IMG/VR virus record: IMGVR_UViG_3300045256_000050 | Location: 180,987-244,986 of that record | Length of the DNA: 64,000 bases | Strand: one strand, 5' to 3' | Part shown: one piece after another, positions 18,676 to 26,854 of the stretch | How the letters are laid out: every line of letters starts with the position of its first letter | Numbering within the stretch: the first letter of the stretch is position 1 | Position numbers and translations under genes: made by a program | The notes under the pieces: model-generated | Seen by the model: the letters and a program-made list of their open reading frames with translations, nothing else | Databases searched by the model: none | What the model was told of the DNA's origin: nothing

Positions 18676-18738
18676 ATGCAATTCTCCCAAACGAGGTTTG
18701 TAGGAATAGATATGCCTCGCTTTAATACTTTCGAAGCG

Positions 18739-18772
18739 TTTTGTAACTTGACACGCATTTTGTAACTTGACA
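18739..18772 (+). promoter_or_regulatory. Tandem 15-bp direct repeat containing TTGACA, candidate operator
   Basis: TTTTGTAACTTGACA at 18739-18753 and 18758-18772; the second copy ends on the A of the HTH gene ATG. Confidence 0.65.
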
Positions 18773-19092
18773 TGCCCAGCCCAGAAGACTTGAAGCCGTT
18801 CGTGAATGACATTGCCAATGCGGCGGTGCATTTCGGGGTTTCGGAACGGACGGTGCGTCGGTGGCTCCACGCCAGCGGGTTGACCGAGAAGAAGAGTGGC
18901 TGGGGGCCGAAGCTAAACAAGTCTCAGGTGAACGAGGTTCACCGGCTCGACCGGGAGGGCGTCAGGATCGTCGATATCGCCAAGATCATGAACGTGTCCC
19001 ACGTTGCCATCAGTAAAATCCTCAACGGCCGGACCCACACCCCGAAGGGCACGGACACGGCCATCGTTTCTGTTATCTACAACACGAATTAA
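18772..19092 (+). CDS. Double HTH DNA-binding protein
   Basis: AAVHFGVSERTVRRWL and IVDIAKIMNVSHVAISKILNG. Confidence 0.8.
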   Translation: MPSPEDLKPFVNDIANAAVHFGVSERTVRRWLHASGLTEKKSGWGPKLNKSQVNEVHRLDREGVRIVDIAKIMNVSHVAISKILNGRTHTPKGTDTAIVSVIYNTN

Positions 19093-19580
19093 CGGCCCGG
19101 CGGCTGGTACGGACCCTTGCGGGCGTCCTGTTCCGACTGCGGCGGCAGGTAGAGGTATTGGACGCAGGCGGTGATGGCCGGTAGGTACGCCCCCGTGCTG
19201 GCGAACGACTTCGGGAAGATGTTGCGCTTCGGGGCGGTGTAAAACCCGGCCTCGAAGCACTGTTGGTATTTGTTCGGGAAGCTGATCTTGCAGCCGAACC
19301 GCTTGGGGTGGCCGGTGCGTTCGCACTGGCGGTCTTTGTATACCCGGCGGACGATGGCCGTCCCGGAGATGTCGAGGACGCCGCCGTCTGTGGTGGCCGT
19401 CTTGTTGGCCGAGATCACGTTCACTTCGGCTGTGCCGCTCATATTCGCTCCCCCATCACCGTAAAAGTAGCCGTGACCGGCAAGCGAAGCGATGAGGGTC
19501 GTCCGTTGCTGTTGGGTTTGGCTCGCTGCCAAGAGGACGAGCAATTGAAGAATCGTTGCGTATTCGCTTGCGGTGGGCAT
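19089..19580 (-). CDS. Short member of the Gly-repeat virion protein family
   Basis: Two GG-repeat units plus Cys-rich C-terminus with GAYLPAITAC; TAACTA 4 nt before ATG. Confidence 0.6.
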   Translation of the reverse strand: MPTASEYATILQLLVLLAASQTQQQRTTLIASLAGHGYFYGDGGANMSGTAEVNVISANKTATTDGGVLDISGTAIVRRVYKDRQCERTGHPKRFGCKISFPNKYQQCFEAGFYTAPKRNIFPKSFASTGAYLPAITACVQYLYLPPQSEQDARKGPYQPPGR

Positions 19581-19678
19581 ACTTTAGTTACTCGGAAAAG
19601 GCAGAAATTCGGGTTGAGCGGATAAATAAACTGTCAAGCGGTATATAGAAACAGCGTCCGATGAAGGAGACACAATCT

Positions 19679-20926
19679 ATGATGAGTTACAAAGCATGGC
19701 GGACCATCAACCAGAAGTTGATGAATGAGTCTGCTCTTGGTACTTCGACCCTGGGCCTCAAGACGCCTGCTTCGTTGGGCATCACTGGAAGCAAGCTTGC
19801 TGAGATGGGTTTCCCACCACCCGAGGGCGAAGACGATGATGACCTGATGGGTCATGATGACGGCACCGAGTCGGACATCGACCCGGATGGCGACGGCGAC
19901 GTGGATGTTCCGGGTGCTGGCCCGGACCTAGACCCGGATCAAGATGCCGATGAGCTTCACGGCATGGACGACCCGGCGATGCTCGCTCTCTTGGGTGACG
20001 ACGACGGCGAACAGGGCGATGATGAAGTTGCACCGGAAGGTGACGACGCATCGGCTCTCGGCGGCGACGACGGCATGATGGGCGGCGACGAGGACGAGTT
20101 CTCGTTCGACCCGGCCGACCTGGGTGACGACGCTCACGCAGTTCCCGACATGGGCAAGTCGGCCGACCTGAGCAACCTGCTCGGCGGCATGGGCGTGTCC
20201 CCGCATGACCAAGCCCCGGACATGGGCTTCGGCGACGAAGGCGATGAGGGTGCTGACATCAGCAGCCTGTTCGGTGGTGCTGGCGACGAAGGCGATGAGG
20301 GTGGCGAAGACGCCGCTCCGGCTAAGGGTGCCAACCCGTTCGGCGGCGAAGACGAGGGCGACGATGACTCCGCTCCTCAAGGCGAAGCCGACGATGACAA
20401 CATCGAAGACGAACTCGACAGCGACATGGACGACGACGATTCCGACGACGCAGAGTCCGACGAGGGCGGCGACAAGGAGTCGGAGTCCGATGACGACAAG
20501 AAGTTCATGGGCAAGGGCTGGTGCAACAAGATGATGAAGAAGGAAGGGAAGGAGTTCCCGGCTTTCTTGAAGAAGGGTAAGGACAAGGACGACAAGAAGG
20601 GCGGTAAGAAGGCTCCCCCGTTCGCCAAGAAGGGTGAGAAGAAGAAGGACGACAAGGGTCCGAAGCCGTTCGAGTTGTTCAAGAAGGGTGGCAAGAAGAA
20701 GGAAGAGAAGGTTGACGAAACCTCGTTCTTCCGCAGCCTCACCAAGCAGGCCGCTGGCGACGTTCGCAAGCTGAAGGAAGACTCCCTGGTGGCGTCCCCG
20801 AAGCAAGCCAAGCGTGAGCCGGGTCCGGGCGAAGTGGGCTACGCCCCGAGCGGTCGGGTTGGTCAACTCCCGAGCGTTGCGTCCTACAACGAGTGGAAGG
20901 CCAAGAACTTCCCGAAGAAGAAGTAA
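19679..20926 (+). CDS. Acidic disordered protein with Lys-rich tail; putative prohead core/internal protein
   Basis: MMSYKAWRTINQKLMNES leader, long D/E/G tract, K-rich block; AAGGAGA SD; TAAATA 19623 and TATATA 19642. Confidence 0.7.
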   Translation: MMSYKAWRTINQKLMNESALGTSTLGLKTPASLGITGSKLAEMGFPPPEGEDDDDLMGHDDGTESDIDPDGDGDVDVPGAGPDLDPDQDADELHGMDDPAMLALLGDDDGEQGDDEVAPEGDDASALGGDDGMMGGDEDEFSFDPADLGDDAHAVPDMGKSADLSNLLGGMGVSPHDQAPDMGFGDEGDEGADISSLFGGAGDEGDEGGEDAAPAKGANPFGGEDEGDDDSAPQGEADDDNIEDELDSDMDDDDSDDAESDEGGDKESESDDDKKFMGKGWCNKMMKKEGKEFPAFLKKGKDKDDKKGGKKAPPFAKKGEKKKDDKGPKPFELFKKGGKKKEEKVDETSFFRSLTKQAAGDVRKLKEDSLVASPKQAKREPGPGEVGYAPSGRVGQLPSVASYNEWKAKNFPKKK

Positions 20927-20942
20927 CCTTCACCAAATGAAG

Positions 20943-20968
20943 AAGCCCGGCGAAAGCCGGGCTTTTTT
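20943..20968 (+). terminator. Rho-independent terminator
   Basis: AAGCCCGGC-GAAA-GCCGGGCTT followed by TTTT, 17 nt after the stop. Confidence 0.9.
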
Positions 20969-20992
20969 CGTTTACAGTTCTTCGGAGCCGAA

Positions 20993-21080
20993 AGCCCCTA
21001 CAGTGAAACTGCTACCCCCACAAGCGAGCGACCGAAGGGAGCGAGACGTGGGGGTAGCCCTTTAGGGTAGGGGATGAAGG
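20993..21080 (+). mobile_element. IS200/IS605-type subterminal hairpin region (candidate left end)
   Basis: Nested stems CCCCTAC/GTAGGGG and CTACCCCCAC/GTGGGGGTAG plus CCC-TTTA-GGG...GGGGATGAAG; the TTTA loop also occurs in the right end at 24161. Confidence 0.45.
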
Positions 21081-21174
21081 CGATGGGCTAAAGATGGGCT
21101 TAAAAGTTTCTATCCCTCAAAGCACAAACACAACACAGTACCACAGGACACAATCAGGACTACGACCACCCCGC

Positions 21175-21420
21175 TCAAGAGTTCCTACATTTTTCCTGAC
21201 CTTCCAGTTCGTACAACTGGAACAATACCTCCTGATACTTCCCCTCGTCCGTATCAGGGTACACGTCCTTGAAGTGCTTCATCCCCACGTCGGACTGGAC
21301 GTACTCCAACAGCCGCATCCGGGCTTCGTTCTCGTCCCTGCCAGCAGGACCGTAGAACTCACCGATAGTACCGACTACCAATTTAGGTTTTCCGACGTAA
21401 ACCGGGCAAAACTCAACCAT
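21175..21420 (-). CDS. Hypothetical protein
   Basis: GGAGG SD, lies just downstream of tnpA. Confidence 0.55.
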   Translation of the reverse strand: MVEFCPVYVGKPKLVVGTIGEFYGPAGRDENEARMRLLEYVQSDVGMKHFKDVYPDTDEGKYQEVLFQLYELEGQEKCRNS

Positions 21421-21447
21421 ATCTTCCTCCACCTTATCTTAGTGTAC

Positions 21448-21861
21448 TCAACCCTGTTCTTCGATGTACTTCTTGATCGTCTCCGTACTGGCGTCTCCAG
21501 TGGTACACACGAAGTACCCGTCACTCCAGAAGGTCTTCTCCTTCCAGAAGTGATACGCCAAGAAGTTACCAAACTTCTTCCAGATGTGGAAGGTCGATTG
21601 GCTCTTGAGCCGGGTGGCGATACTGGTCGGGGACAGGGTGGGTGGAGCGTCTACGAGAACGTGGATGTGGTCGATGTCCACTTCCATCACGTCAATGGCG
21701 AAACCGCTTTTGTAGGCGATGTCGGTGAACAGCGTCTTGATCTCGTCAGCGATGTTCTGCTTGGCGAGCAGCTTCTTCCTGTACTTGCAGGCGAAGACGA
21801 AGTGGTACTTGAGCAGGTACTTGCTGTGGCTGGCGTGGTGGTACTTATCTTCCTTCGGCAT
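21448..21861 (-). CDS. tnpA: IS200/IS605 Y1 (HUH) transposase
   Basis: YHFVFACKYRKK, DHIHVL (HUH), LKSQS, FWSDGYF, IKKYIEEQ (catalytic Tyr). Confidence 0.95.
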   Translation of the reverse strand: MPKEDKYHHASHSKYLLKYHFVFACKYRKKLLAKQNIADEIKTLFTDIAYKSGFAIDVMEVDIDHIHVLVDAPPTLSPTSIATRLKSQSTFHIWKKFGNFLAYHFWKEKTFWSDGYFVCTTGDASTETIKKYIEEQG

Positions 21862-21877
21862 GACACTCTCCAGAAGT

Positions 21878-21908
21878 GAGACAAGCCCGGCAGAGCCGGG
21901 CTTGTCTC
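21878..21908. repeat. Perfect 14-bp hairpin upstream of tnpA (IS end or terminator)
   Basis: GAGACAAGCCCGGC-AGA-GCCGGGCTTGTCTC. Confidence 0.8.
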
Positions 21909-21923
21909 TGTTCGAGAGCCAGA

Positions 21924-22304
21924 TCAGACCCGAACCGGCTTGCAGTTCAGCGGACCCATCAGACCGGCTGGCTGCGGGAAGTACCCCCACGGCTTGCTAC
22001 CCCAGATGCTCGCCCCAGCGTCCCCGTCCTTCCAGCGGATGACCACGAACTCCTCCTCCCGCTCCACCGAGAGGTAGGTGATCCTGCCCGTCATCTGGTC
22101 GTCCGAGAACTTGTCTACGAGCGACTTGGCGTTGTCCCACGACCCCTTGATCCTGAGCATGTTACACCCGGCGTCCGGGTCCGTGGCATCAGTCGCCGTC
22201 CGGCTGATGTGAATGTGGCTCTGACCCGCCACCAGTCCTGCCGCTGGAATGGCGATCCCAAAACTTGTTCCCGCCATCGCTTTCAGTGCGTTCCGTCTGT
22301 TCAT
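21924..22304 (-). CDS. Putative Tat-exported protein
   Basis: MNRRNALKAMAGTSFGIAIPAAGLVAG twin-arginine leader. Confidence 0.6.
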   Translation of the reverse strand: MNRRNALKAMAGTSFGIAIPAAGLVAGQSHIHISRTATDATDPDAGCNMLRIKGSWDNAKSLVDKFSDDQMTGRITYLSVEREEEFVVIRWKDGDAGASIWGSKPWGYFPQPAGLMGPLNCKPVRV

Positions 22305-22391
22305 CTTCTTGCTCCTGTTTCTCGCCGTATCTGAACCGGATGCCGAACACCAGTCCGAGGGGCGGTTTCAACGGCTCCACCCTGATAAGAG

Positions 22392-22877
22392 TTAACTCAA
22401 ACACTTCATGTTCTCCCAAACGTGGTACTCGTCGTCGTCTTGCACCACGCCTACCTTCCTCATCCCCGCCTTTCCGAACAACCTGTCGTAGATCGCCGCC
22501 CTCTGGTTCGTTGGCTCCTTCTCCACCCCATCCACCGTCTTTCGCTTCTCCGGGGTGTACACCATCCTCAAGCCCGCCTTCGACAACTCCCCTCCGAACT
22601 CTTGCAACTTCCGCATGAGCGGCATGGTACTCGGCTGAACCGACTTCGACACGGTACTCAGGTCTGCACCCAAATCGTCAGTGTTAAAGAACGCCACGAT
22701 GACGTAGGGGATGTTGCTGGCGTTGTCCGGTCCTCGGAGTTGGGCGTAGATGGTTTTGTCGAGGAACGGTATCCAGTACACGTCGTTTTCGGGCTGGATG
22801 TTGCCGAACACCTTCTGGACGACGGCGTGGAGTCGGTCTTGCTGCTCCTCGTTTTCGAGCCATGTCTTGAAACGCAT
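22392..22877 (-). CDS. Putative internal virion protein (CTS-like N-terminus)
   Basis: Starts MRFKTWLENEE; TAGATA 4 nt before ATG. Confidence 0.7.
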   Translation of the reverse strand: MRFKTWLENEEQQDRLHAVVQKVFGNIQPENDVYWIPFLDKTIYAQLRGPDNASNIPYVIVAFFNTDDLGADLSTVSKSVQPSTMPLMRKLQEFGGELSKAGLRMVYTPEKRKTVDGVEKEPTNQRAAIYDRLFGKAGMRKVGVVQDDDEYHVWENMKCLS

Positions 22878-22972
22878 ATCGTATCTATCCGGTCGGGTCT
22901 GTCAATCCCCGGCGAATAAAAATTTCCGGTTTTCCGTCCGAAAACAGAACCCAGCCGACTAACTAATACCAG

Positions 22973-24136
22973 ATGGCAAACCGGCATAACTACTCGTACC
23001 GTTTTCGGCTAATGCCGAACCAAGAACAACGAGTGCTTCTCGCAAAGCACTTCGGGGCGATCCGGTACGCCTACAACCACTTCCTCGCCGCCCGCAAGGA
23101 CAAGTACCTCACGGCGAAGAAGTCCAGCAACTACTACGGCGACTGCAAGGACTTGACCGAGTTGAAGAAGACCCTGCCGTGGATGAAGGAAGTGTACTCG
23201 CAGTCCTTGCAGTTCTCGCTCAAGTGCTTGGATGCTGCCTACAACAACTTCTTCGCTGGCAGAGGCAAGTTCCCGGTCTTCAAGGCGAAGCACGCCCACC
23301 AGTCCTTCCGTGTCCCACAGAACGTCAGGGTGGTCGAGAACAAGTTGGTTATCCCGAAGTTCCTTGAGGGGATCAGGATGGTCAAGCATCGGGAAGTCGA
23401 GGGCGAAATCAAGTTCTGTACTATCAGCAGGAATAAGGCGGGGCAGTACCACGTCTCGATCACCGTCGAGCGAGACATACCGCAGTTGCCGGTGGTCGAT
23501 ACGGAAGTCGGTGTCGATCTCGGCATCAAGACGCTGGCAACGTGCAGCGACGGCAAGGTGTACGAGAACAAGAAACCGTACCGGAGGTTGAGCCGCAGGA
23601 TCAAGATGGTACAGCGGCGGTTGAGCAAGAAGAAGAAGGGAAGCAAGAACAGGCAGCGAGCGAAGTGTCGGCTCGCCAAGATGCACCTGAAAGTCAAGAA
23701 CATTAGGAACGACCACTTGCACAAGACGACGACCAAGATCATCCGTGAGAACCAAACGGTGTACTTGGAGACGTTGAATGTGCAAGGCATGATGAAGAAC
23801 CGCTGCCTTGCCGGGGCTATCGCTGACGCTGCGTTCTACGAGACACGCAGGCAGTTAGAGTACAAGGCGGGCTGGTACGGGAGGGTGGTCAAGTATCTTG
23901 ACCGTTGGTTCCCGTCCAGTAAAACGTGCAGTGGTTGTGGCTTCATCAAGCAAGACCTTCGGCTGTCGGATCGAGAGTGGTCGTGTCCTCGTTGTGGCGA
24001 GGTACATGACCGTGATTTGAATGCGGCGAAGACGATCTTGCAGCAGGGTAAAATTGAGAGTAAACTACCGTTGGAACGACGGGAAGTAAAGCGTGTGGAC
24101 TCAGGAAGAACTCCGACTGAACTTTTGGTCGGCTGA
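22973..24136 (+). CDS. tnpB: TnpB RNA-guided endonuclease (IS605/IS1341 type)
   Basis: N-terminal HTH (YRFRLMPNQEQ...FGAIRYAYN), RuvC I VGVDLG, II YLETLNV, III DRDLNAA, Zn finger CSGC/CPRC. Confidence 0.96.
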   Translation: MANRHNYSYRFRLMPNQEQRVLLAKHFGAIRYAYNHFLAARKDKYLTAKKSSNYYGDCKDLTELKKTLPWMKEVYSQSLQFSLKCLDAAYNNFFAGRGKFPVFKAKHAHQSFRVPQNVRVVENKLVIPKFLEGIRMVKHREVEGEIKFCTISRNKAGQYHVSITVERDIPQLPVVDTEVGVDLGIKTLATCSDGKVYENKKPYRRLSRRIKMVQRRLSKKKKGSKNRQRAKCRLAKMHLKVKNIRNDHLHKTTTKIIRENQTVYLETLNVQGMMKNRCLAGAIADAAFYETRRQLEYKAGWYGRVVKYLDRWFPSSKTCSGCGFIKQDLRLSDREWSCPRCGEVHDRDLNAAKTILQQGKIESKLPLERREVKRVDSGRTPTELLVG

Positions 24137-24148
24137 GGTTGATACACG

Positions 24149-24181
24149 AAGCCGCTCCCCTTTAGGGGAGCGGTAGTTCAC
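24149..24181 (+). mobile_element. IS200/IS605 right end (3' end of the omega/reRNA scaffold)
   Basis: AAGCCGCTCCCC-TTTA-GGGGAGCGG-TAGTTCAC, the hairpin plus TCAC terminus typical of tnpB right ends. Confidence 0.85.
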
Positions 24182-24474
24182 CAACCCCAGCCGAAGCCGA
24201 AGCCGAAGCGATACTGGTACTGATATTGGAATCCGTAGTTGAAGCCGTAGTTGTTGTAGAGGTACGGGTTGTAGTACGGGTTGACGTATGGGGTGTACGG
24301 GTTGTACGCTGGGAACGCCGGGCGGTAGAGGTACGGGTTGACGTAGTTCGGCTGGAAGAAGTAGTTGTTCACTACGGGCCGAACTTGGGGCTGCGGGTGG
24401 ACGCCGGGACGGGGCTGGGCAGAGGCCACGAGGCCGAAGCACAGAACGGCCGCAAGAGCTACGAGATAACGCAT
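24178..24474 (-). CDS. Secreted Tyr/Asn/Pro-rich low-complexity protein
   Basis: Sec signal MRYLVALAAVLCFGLVASA; YNPY repeats; ends FGFGFGWGW; AGGAGAA SD. Confidence 0.7.
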   Translation of the reverse strand: MRYLVALAAVLCFGLVASAQPRPGVHPQPQVRPVVNNYFFQPNYVNPYLYRPAFPAYNPYTPYVNPYYNPYLYNNYGFNYGFQYQYQYRFGFGFGWGW

Positions 24475-24567
24475 TTGTTCTCCTTCTTTCTAAACGAAAC
24501 TGGCTTCCGGCCAGTCCTTCTGGTATAGTAGTACCACTCCGACCGAAGCCCTTTACAGGATAACTGC

Positions 24568-25272
24568 ATGAGCATTCTTCAGCAATACGACATCTACTGC
24601 GAACACGGGTTCAAGGTCATCCCTCTGATCGAGGGGCTGAAGCGTCCCATGTGCAAGGACTGGACGAAGTACGATGCCGACTTCAACCGGATGATGGTCA
24701 GGAAGCACCCCAAGTGCAACCTGGGCCTTTTACTCGGTGAAGTCATGGACGTGGAGGGCGACACCAAACATGCTAACGATCTAATCGATCAACTCGTTGG
24801 CGACTATCCGCACCCCGTCTACAGAAGCGCCAAATCCCGCCACCACTTGTTCGTAAATCCGGTGCCGGGTTTCCGAATCCTCAAGTTCGAGGGCGTCGAG
24901 TTCCGTGCCGAGCGGCACCAGTCGGTCATGCCACCCAGCACGGTGAAGGCCGTCCAGTACACCTGGGAGAACAGTCTGTGGCTCGACGGCATCCCCAGGA
25001 TGCCGGAACGACTGCTCGCTTTCTTTATGAAAGTGAAGAACAAGAAGCACGTCGTCAAGCCCGGCCACATGCGGCTGTACTGCGGGGCTTGTGGCGAACC
25101 GTGCTTCATCCACAAGAAACGGTTCGACCTGGAACTGGAATTGTTCAAGCAGGTCAAGCAGAAGTGGCAGTGTCAGGACTGCCGGGAGTTCGACCTGCGG
25201 GACGCCTGCCGGTCACTCCGTAAGCAGCGACGGCACGATAGCCCGTTCGTCAGTCGTCTGGCGGTTGGTTAA
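24568..25272 (+). CDS. Bifunctional DNA primase/polymerase (Prim-Pol) domain with C-terminal Zn finger
   Basis: GFKVIPL...KRP...W, NLGLLLG, MDVEGD, HHLF, EFR...QSVMPPS; CGAC...CQDC. Confidence 0.8.
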   Translation: MSILQQYDIYCEHGFKVIPLIEGLKRPMCKDWTKYDADFNRMMVRKHPKCNLGLLLGEVMDVEGDTKHANDLIDQLVGDYPHPVYRSAKSRHHLFVNPVPGFRILKFEGVEFRAERHQSVMPPSTVKAVQYTWENSLWLDGIPRMPERLLAFFMKVKNKKHVVKPGHMRLYCGACGEPCFIHKKRFDLELELFKQVKQKWQCQDCREFDLRDACRSLRKQRRHDSPFVSRLAVG

Positions 25273-25923
25273 GAAGCCCATAGACTTCAGGAACATCTCG
25301 ATCTGCTCGATGTCCTCGACGTACATCGAGTGCCCGCCGTCGTCGATCAACTCGAAGGTGTTGTAGTTCTTCAACAACAACGCCTTCTTCATCGGCACGA
25401 ACCGCTCCTCCCACTCGAAGCAGTCGTCGTTGGTGTTGTGGAACAGGATGACCGGCGTCCTGTTCCTCGCCTCGGGCACGTTCCACGGCTGGAACACGGC
25501 CCCGGAGTGGGCGACCACGGCGGCGAGCCGCTTCTGCGTCTCGAAGAGGTACTGGAGGGCCATGACGGCACCTGCCGAGAACCCGATGATCGCCACGTTG
25601 TCGTCCATGATCCCGTACTCTTGCTGGATGTCGGCCAGTTCCTCCTGAATGGAGAACACGGCCGCAGGCTGGCCGTTCACCGCAGCGTCCTGGTCTTGGG
25701 CGTTGCGGGGGAGCGGATACCAAGCGTAACCGTGCGGGGTGAAGGACACCAGCATGGTATTCTCAAACTGGCAGTGGGTGAGTAACCCCTGCATGAACTG
25801 CGTGCCGCTCTGTCCCCGGCCCGGCAGACAGAGGATGGCGTGTGTCGGGTGGTCTGGGGTAACGATCTCGATGTGATTGACGACCCCTCGGCCCCGCTTC
25901 GTGTACGTTCTCAGACTACTCAA
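25213..25923 (-). CDS. Alpha/beta hydrolase (phospholipase/carboxylesterase family)
   Basis: LPGRG oxyanion motif, GFSAG nucleophile, DDC and GGHS catalytic Asp/His; TTG start. Confidence 0.85.
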   Translation of the reverse strand: MSSLRTYTKRGRGVVNHIEIVTPDHPTHAILCLPGRGQSGTQFMQGLLTHCQFENTMLVSFTPHGYAWYPLPRNAQDQDAAVNGQPAAVFSIQEELADIQQEYGIMDDNVAIIGFSAGAVMALQYLFETQKRLAAVVAHSGAVFQPWNVPEARNRTPVILFHNTNDDCFEWEERFVPMKKALLLKNYNTFELIDDGGHSMYVEDIEQIEMFLKSMGFLTNRQTTDERAIVPSLLTE

Positions 25924-26854
25924 TTCCCCACTCCTTGTAGAAATCGTATTGCTTGTTGCTCATGGCCTTGCAGAACTTCGACCACAGTTGTCCCGGATAG
26001 CTGGACTTGATGATCGGCATGAACCGCTTGGCCGCTTCCTTGTCACACTTGTCCAACGTGTTCCTCAACACCTTCACGTCGTAGCCGTGACACTTGTACG
26101 CTTTCTGCAACTGCGTCGTCGTCCAGTACAATTCCTCGTCGAACGACCACAGCGTCTCCCACCGCTTGTCCTCCACGAACCCCACGGCGAAGTCGCACAT
26201 CTCGAAGATCAGCTTCGCCAGCGTGGGCGAGGCCAGCCAGAAGTTGCCGAGCGAGCGGTACTCCATGCCGTAAGACTTCGGCCGGTAGCGTCCGGCCTGC
26301 CCGTACACGACCCGGCGTCGGGCGGATGTCGGGTCGTGATCCATAAACAGACTCGGAATCCCCACGAACAGGTCGAGCATGTAGACGACGATCCACGACT
26401 CCCAGGTGGTTTCCTTCAGTACGCTGTCGCCGCTGGCACCCAGGTGGATGTGCCCGCCGCCGGTCCGCAGACTGGTCTTCTGGATGATGTTACCGGGCGG
26501 CTTCTTACTCTTGCCGGTGTAGACGCAATAGTCCTTCGCACACCCGGCGATGCGTGACCGCTCGTCGAGCAGTTCGCTCTCCGGGTACTCGCACGACGCC
26601 TGGGGCGTGAGCCGACACGGGGCGACGATCTCGGCGTAGGTCTTGAAGCACGACCGGAAGTTCTCGATGGCCTCGTCGTGCCCCTTGCCGGGGGCGATGG
26701 CACACTCGGCCAGCACGTTGTCCCAATAGAAGCTGTGACCGTTTTTAGTGTAACGCTCCTCGGCGGTGCCGGGGACTCGGGGAATGGCACTGACGTGCTG
26801 CCCGTTCAGCAGCAGCATGAACTCAGGGTCAGAGCCGTAGGTTTCGATTGGCAT
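25916..26854 (-). CDS. phiEco32-like COOH-NH2 (amido)ligase type 2
   Basis: GSDPEF, DNVLAE, GGHIHLG, RRVVYGQAGRYRPKSYGMEYRSLGNFW. Confidence 0.85.
   Translation of the reverse strand: MPIETYGSDPEFMLLLNGQHVSAIPRVPGTAEERYTKNGHSFYWDNVLAECAIAPGKGHDEAIENFRSCFKTYAEIVAPCRLTPQASCEYPESELLDERSRIAGCAKDYCVYTGKSKKPPGNIIQKTSLRTGGGHIHLGASGDSVLKETTWESWIVVYMLDLFVGIPSLFMDHDPTSARRRVVYGQAGRYRPKSYGMEYRSLGNFWLASPTLAKLIFEMCDFAVGFVEDKRWETLWSFDEELYWTTTQLQKAYKCHGYDVKVLRNTLDKCDKEAAKRFMPIIKSSYPGQLWSKFCKAMSNKQYDFYKEWGIE

Noticed and set aside
20943-21908. AAGCCCGGC/GCCGGGCTT hairpins (20943, 21878, 58781) as a dispersed REP or IS repeat family
   Set aside because: Two sit right after stop codons with T/A tails and are adequately explained as terminators. 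Only 21878 is kept as a possible IS end.
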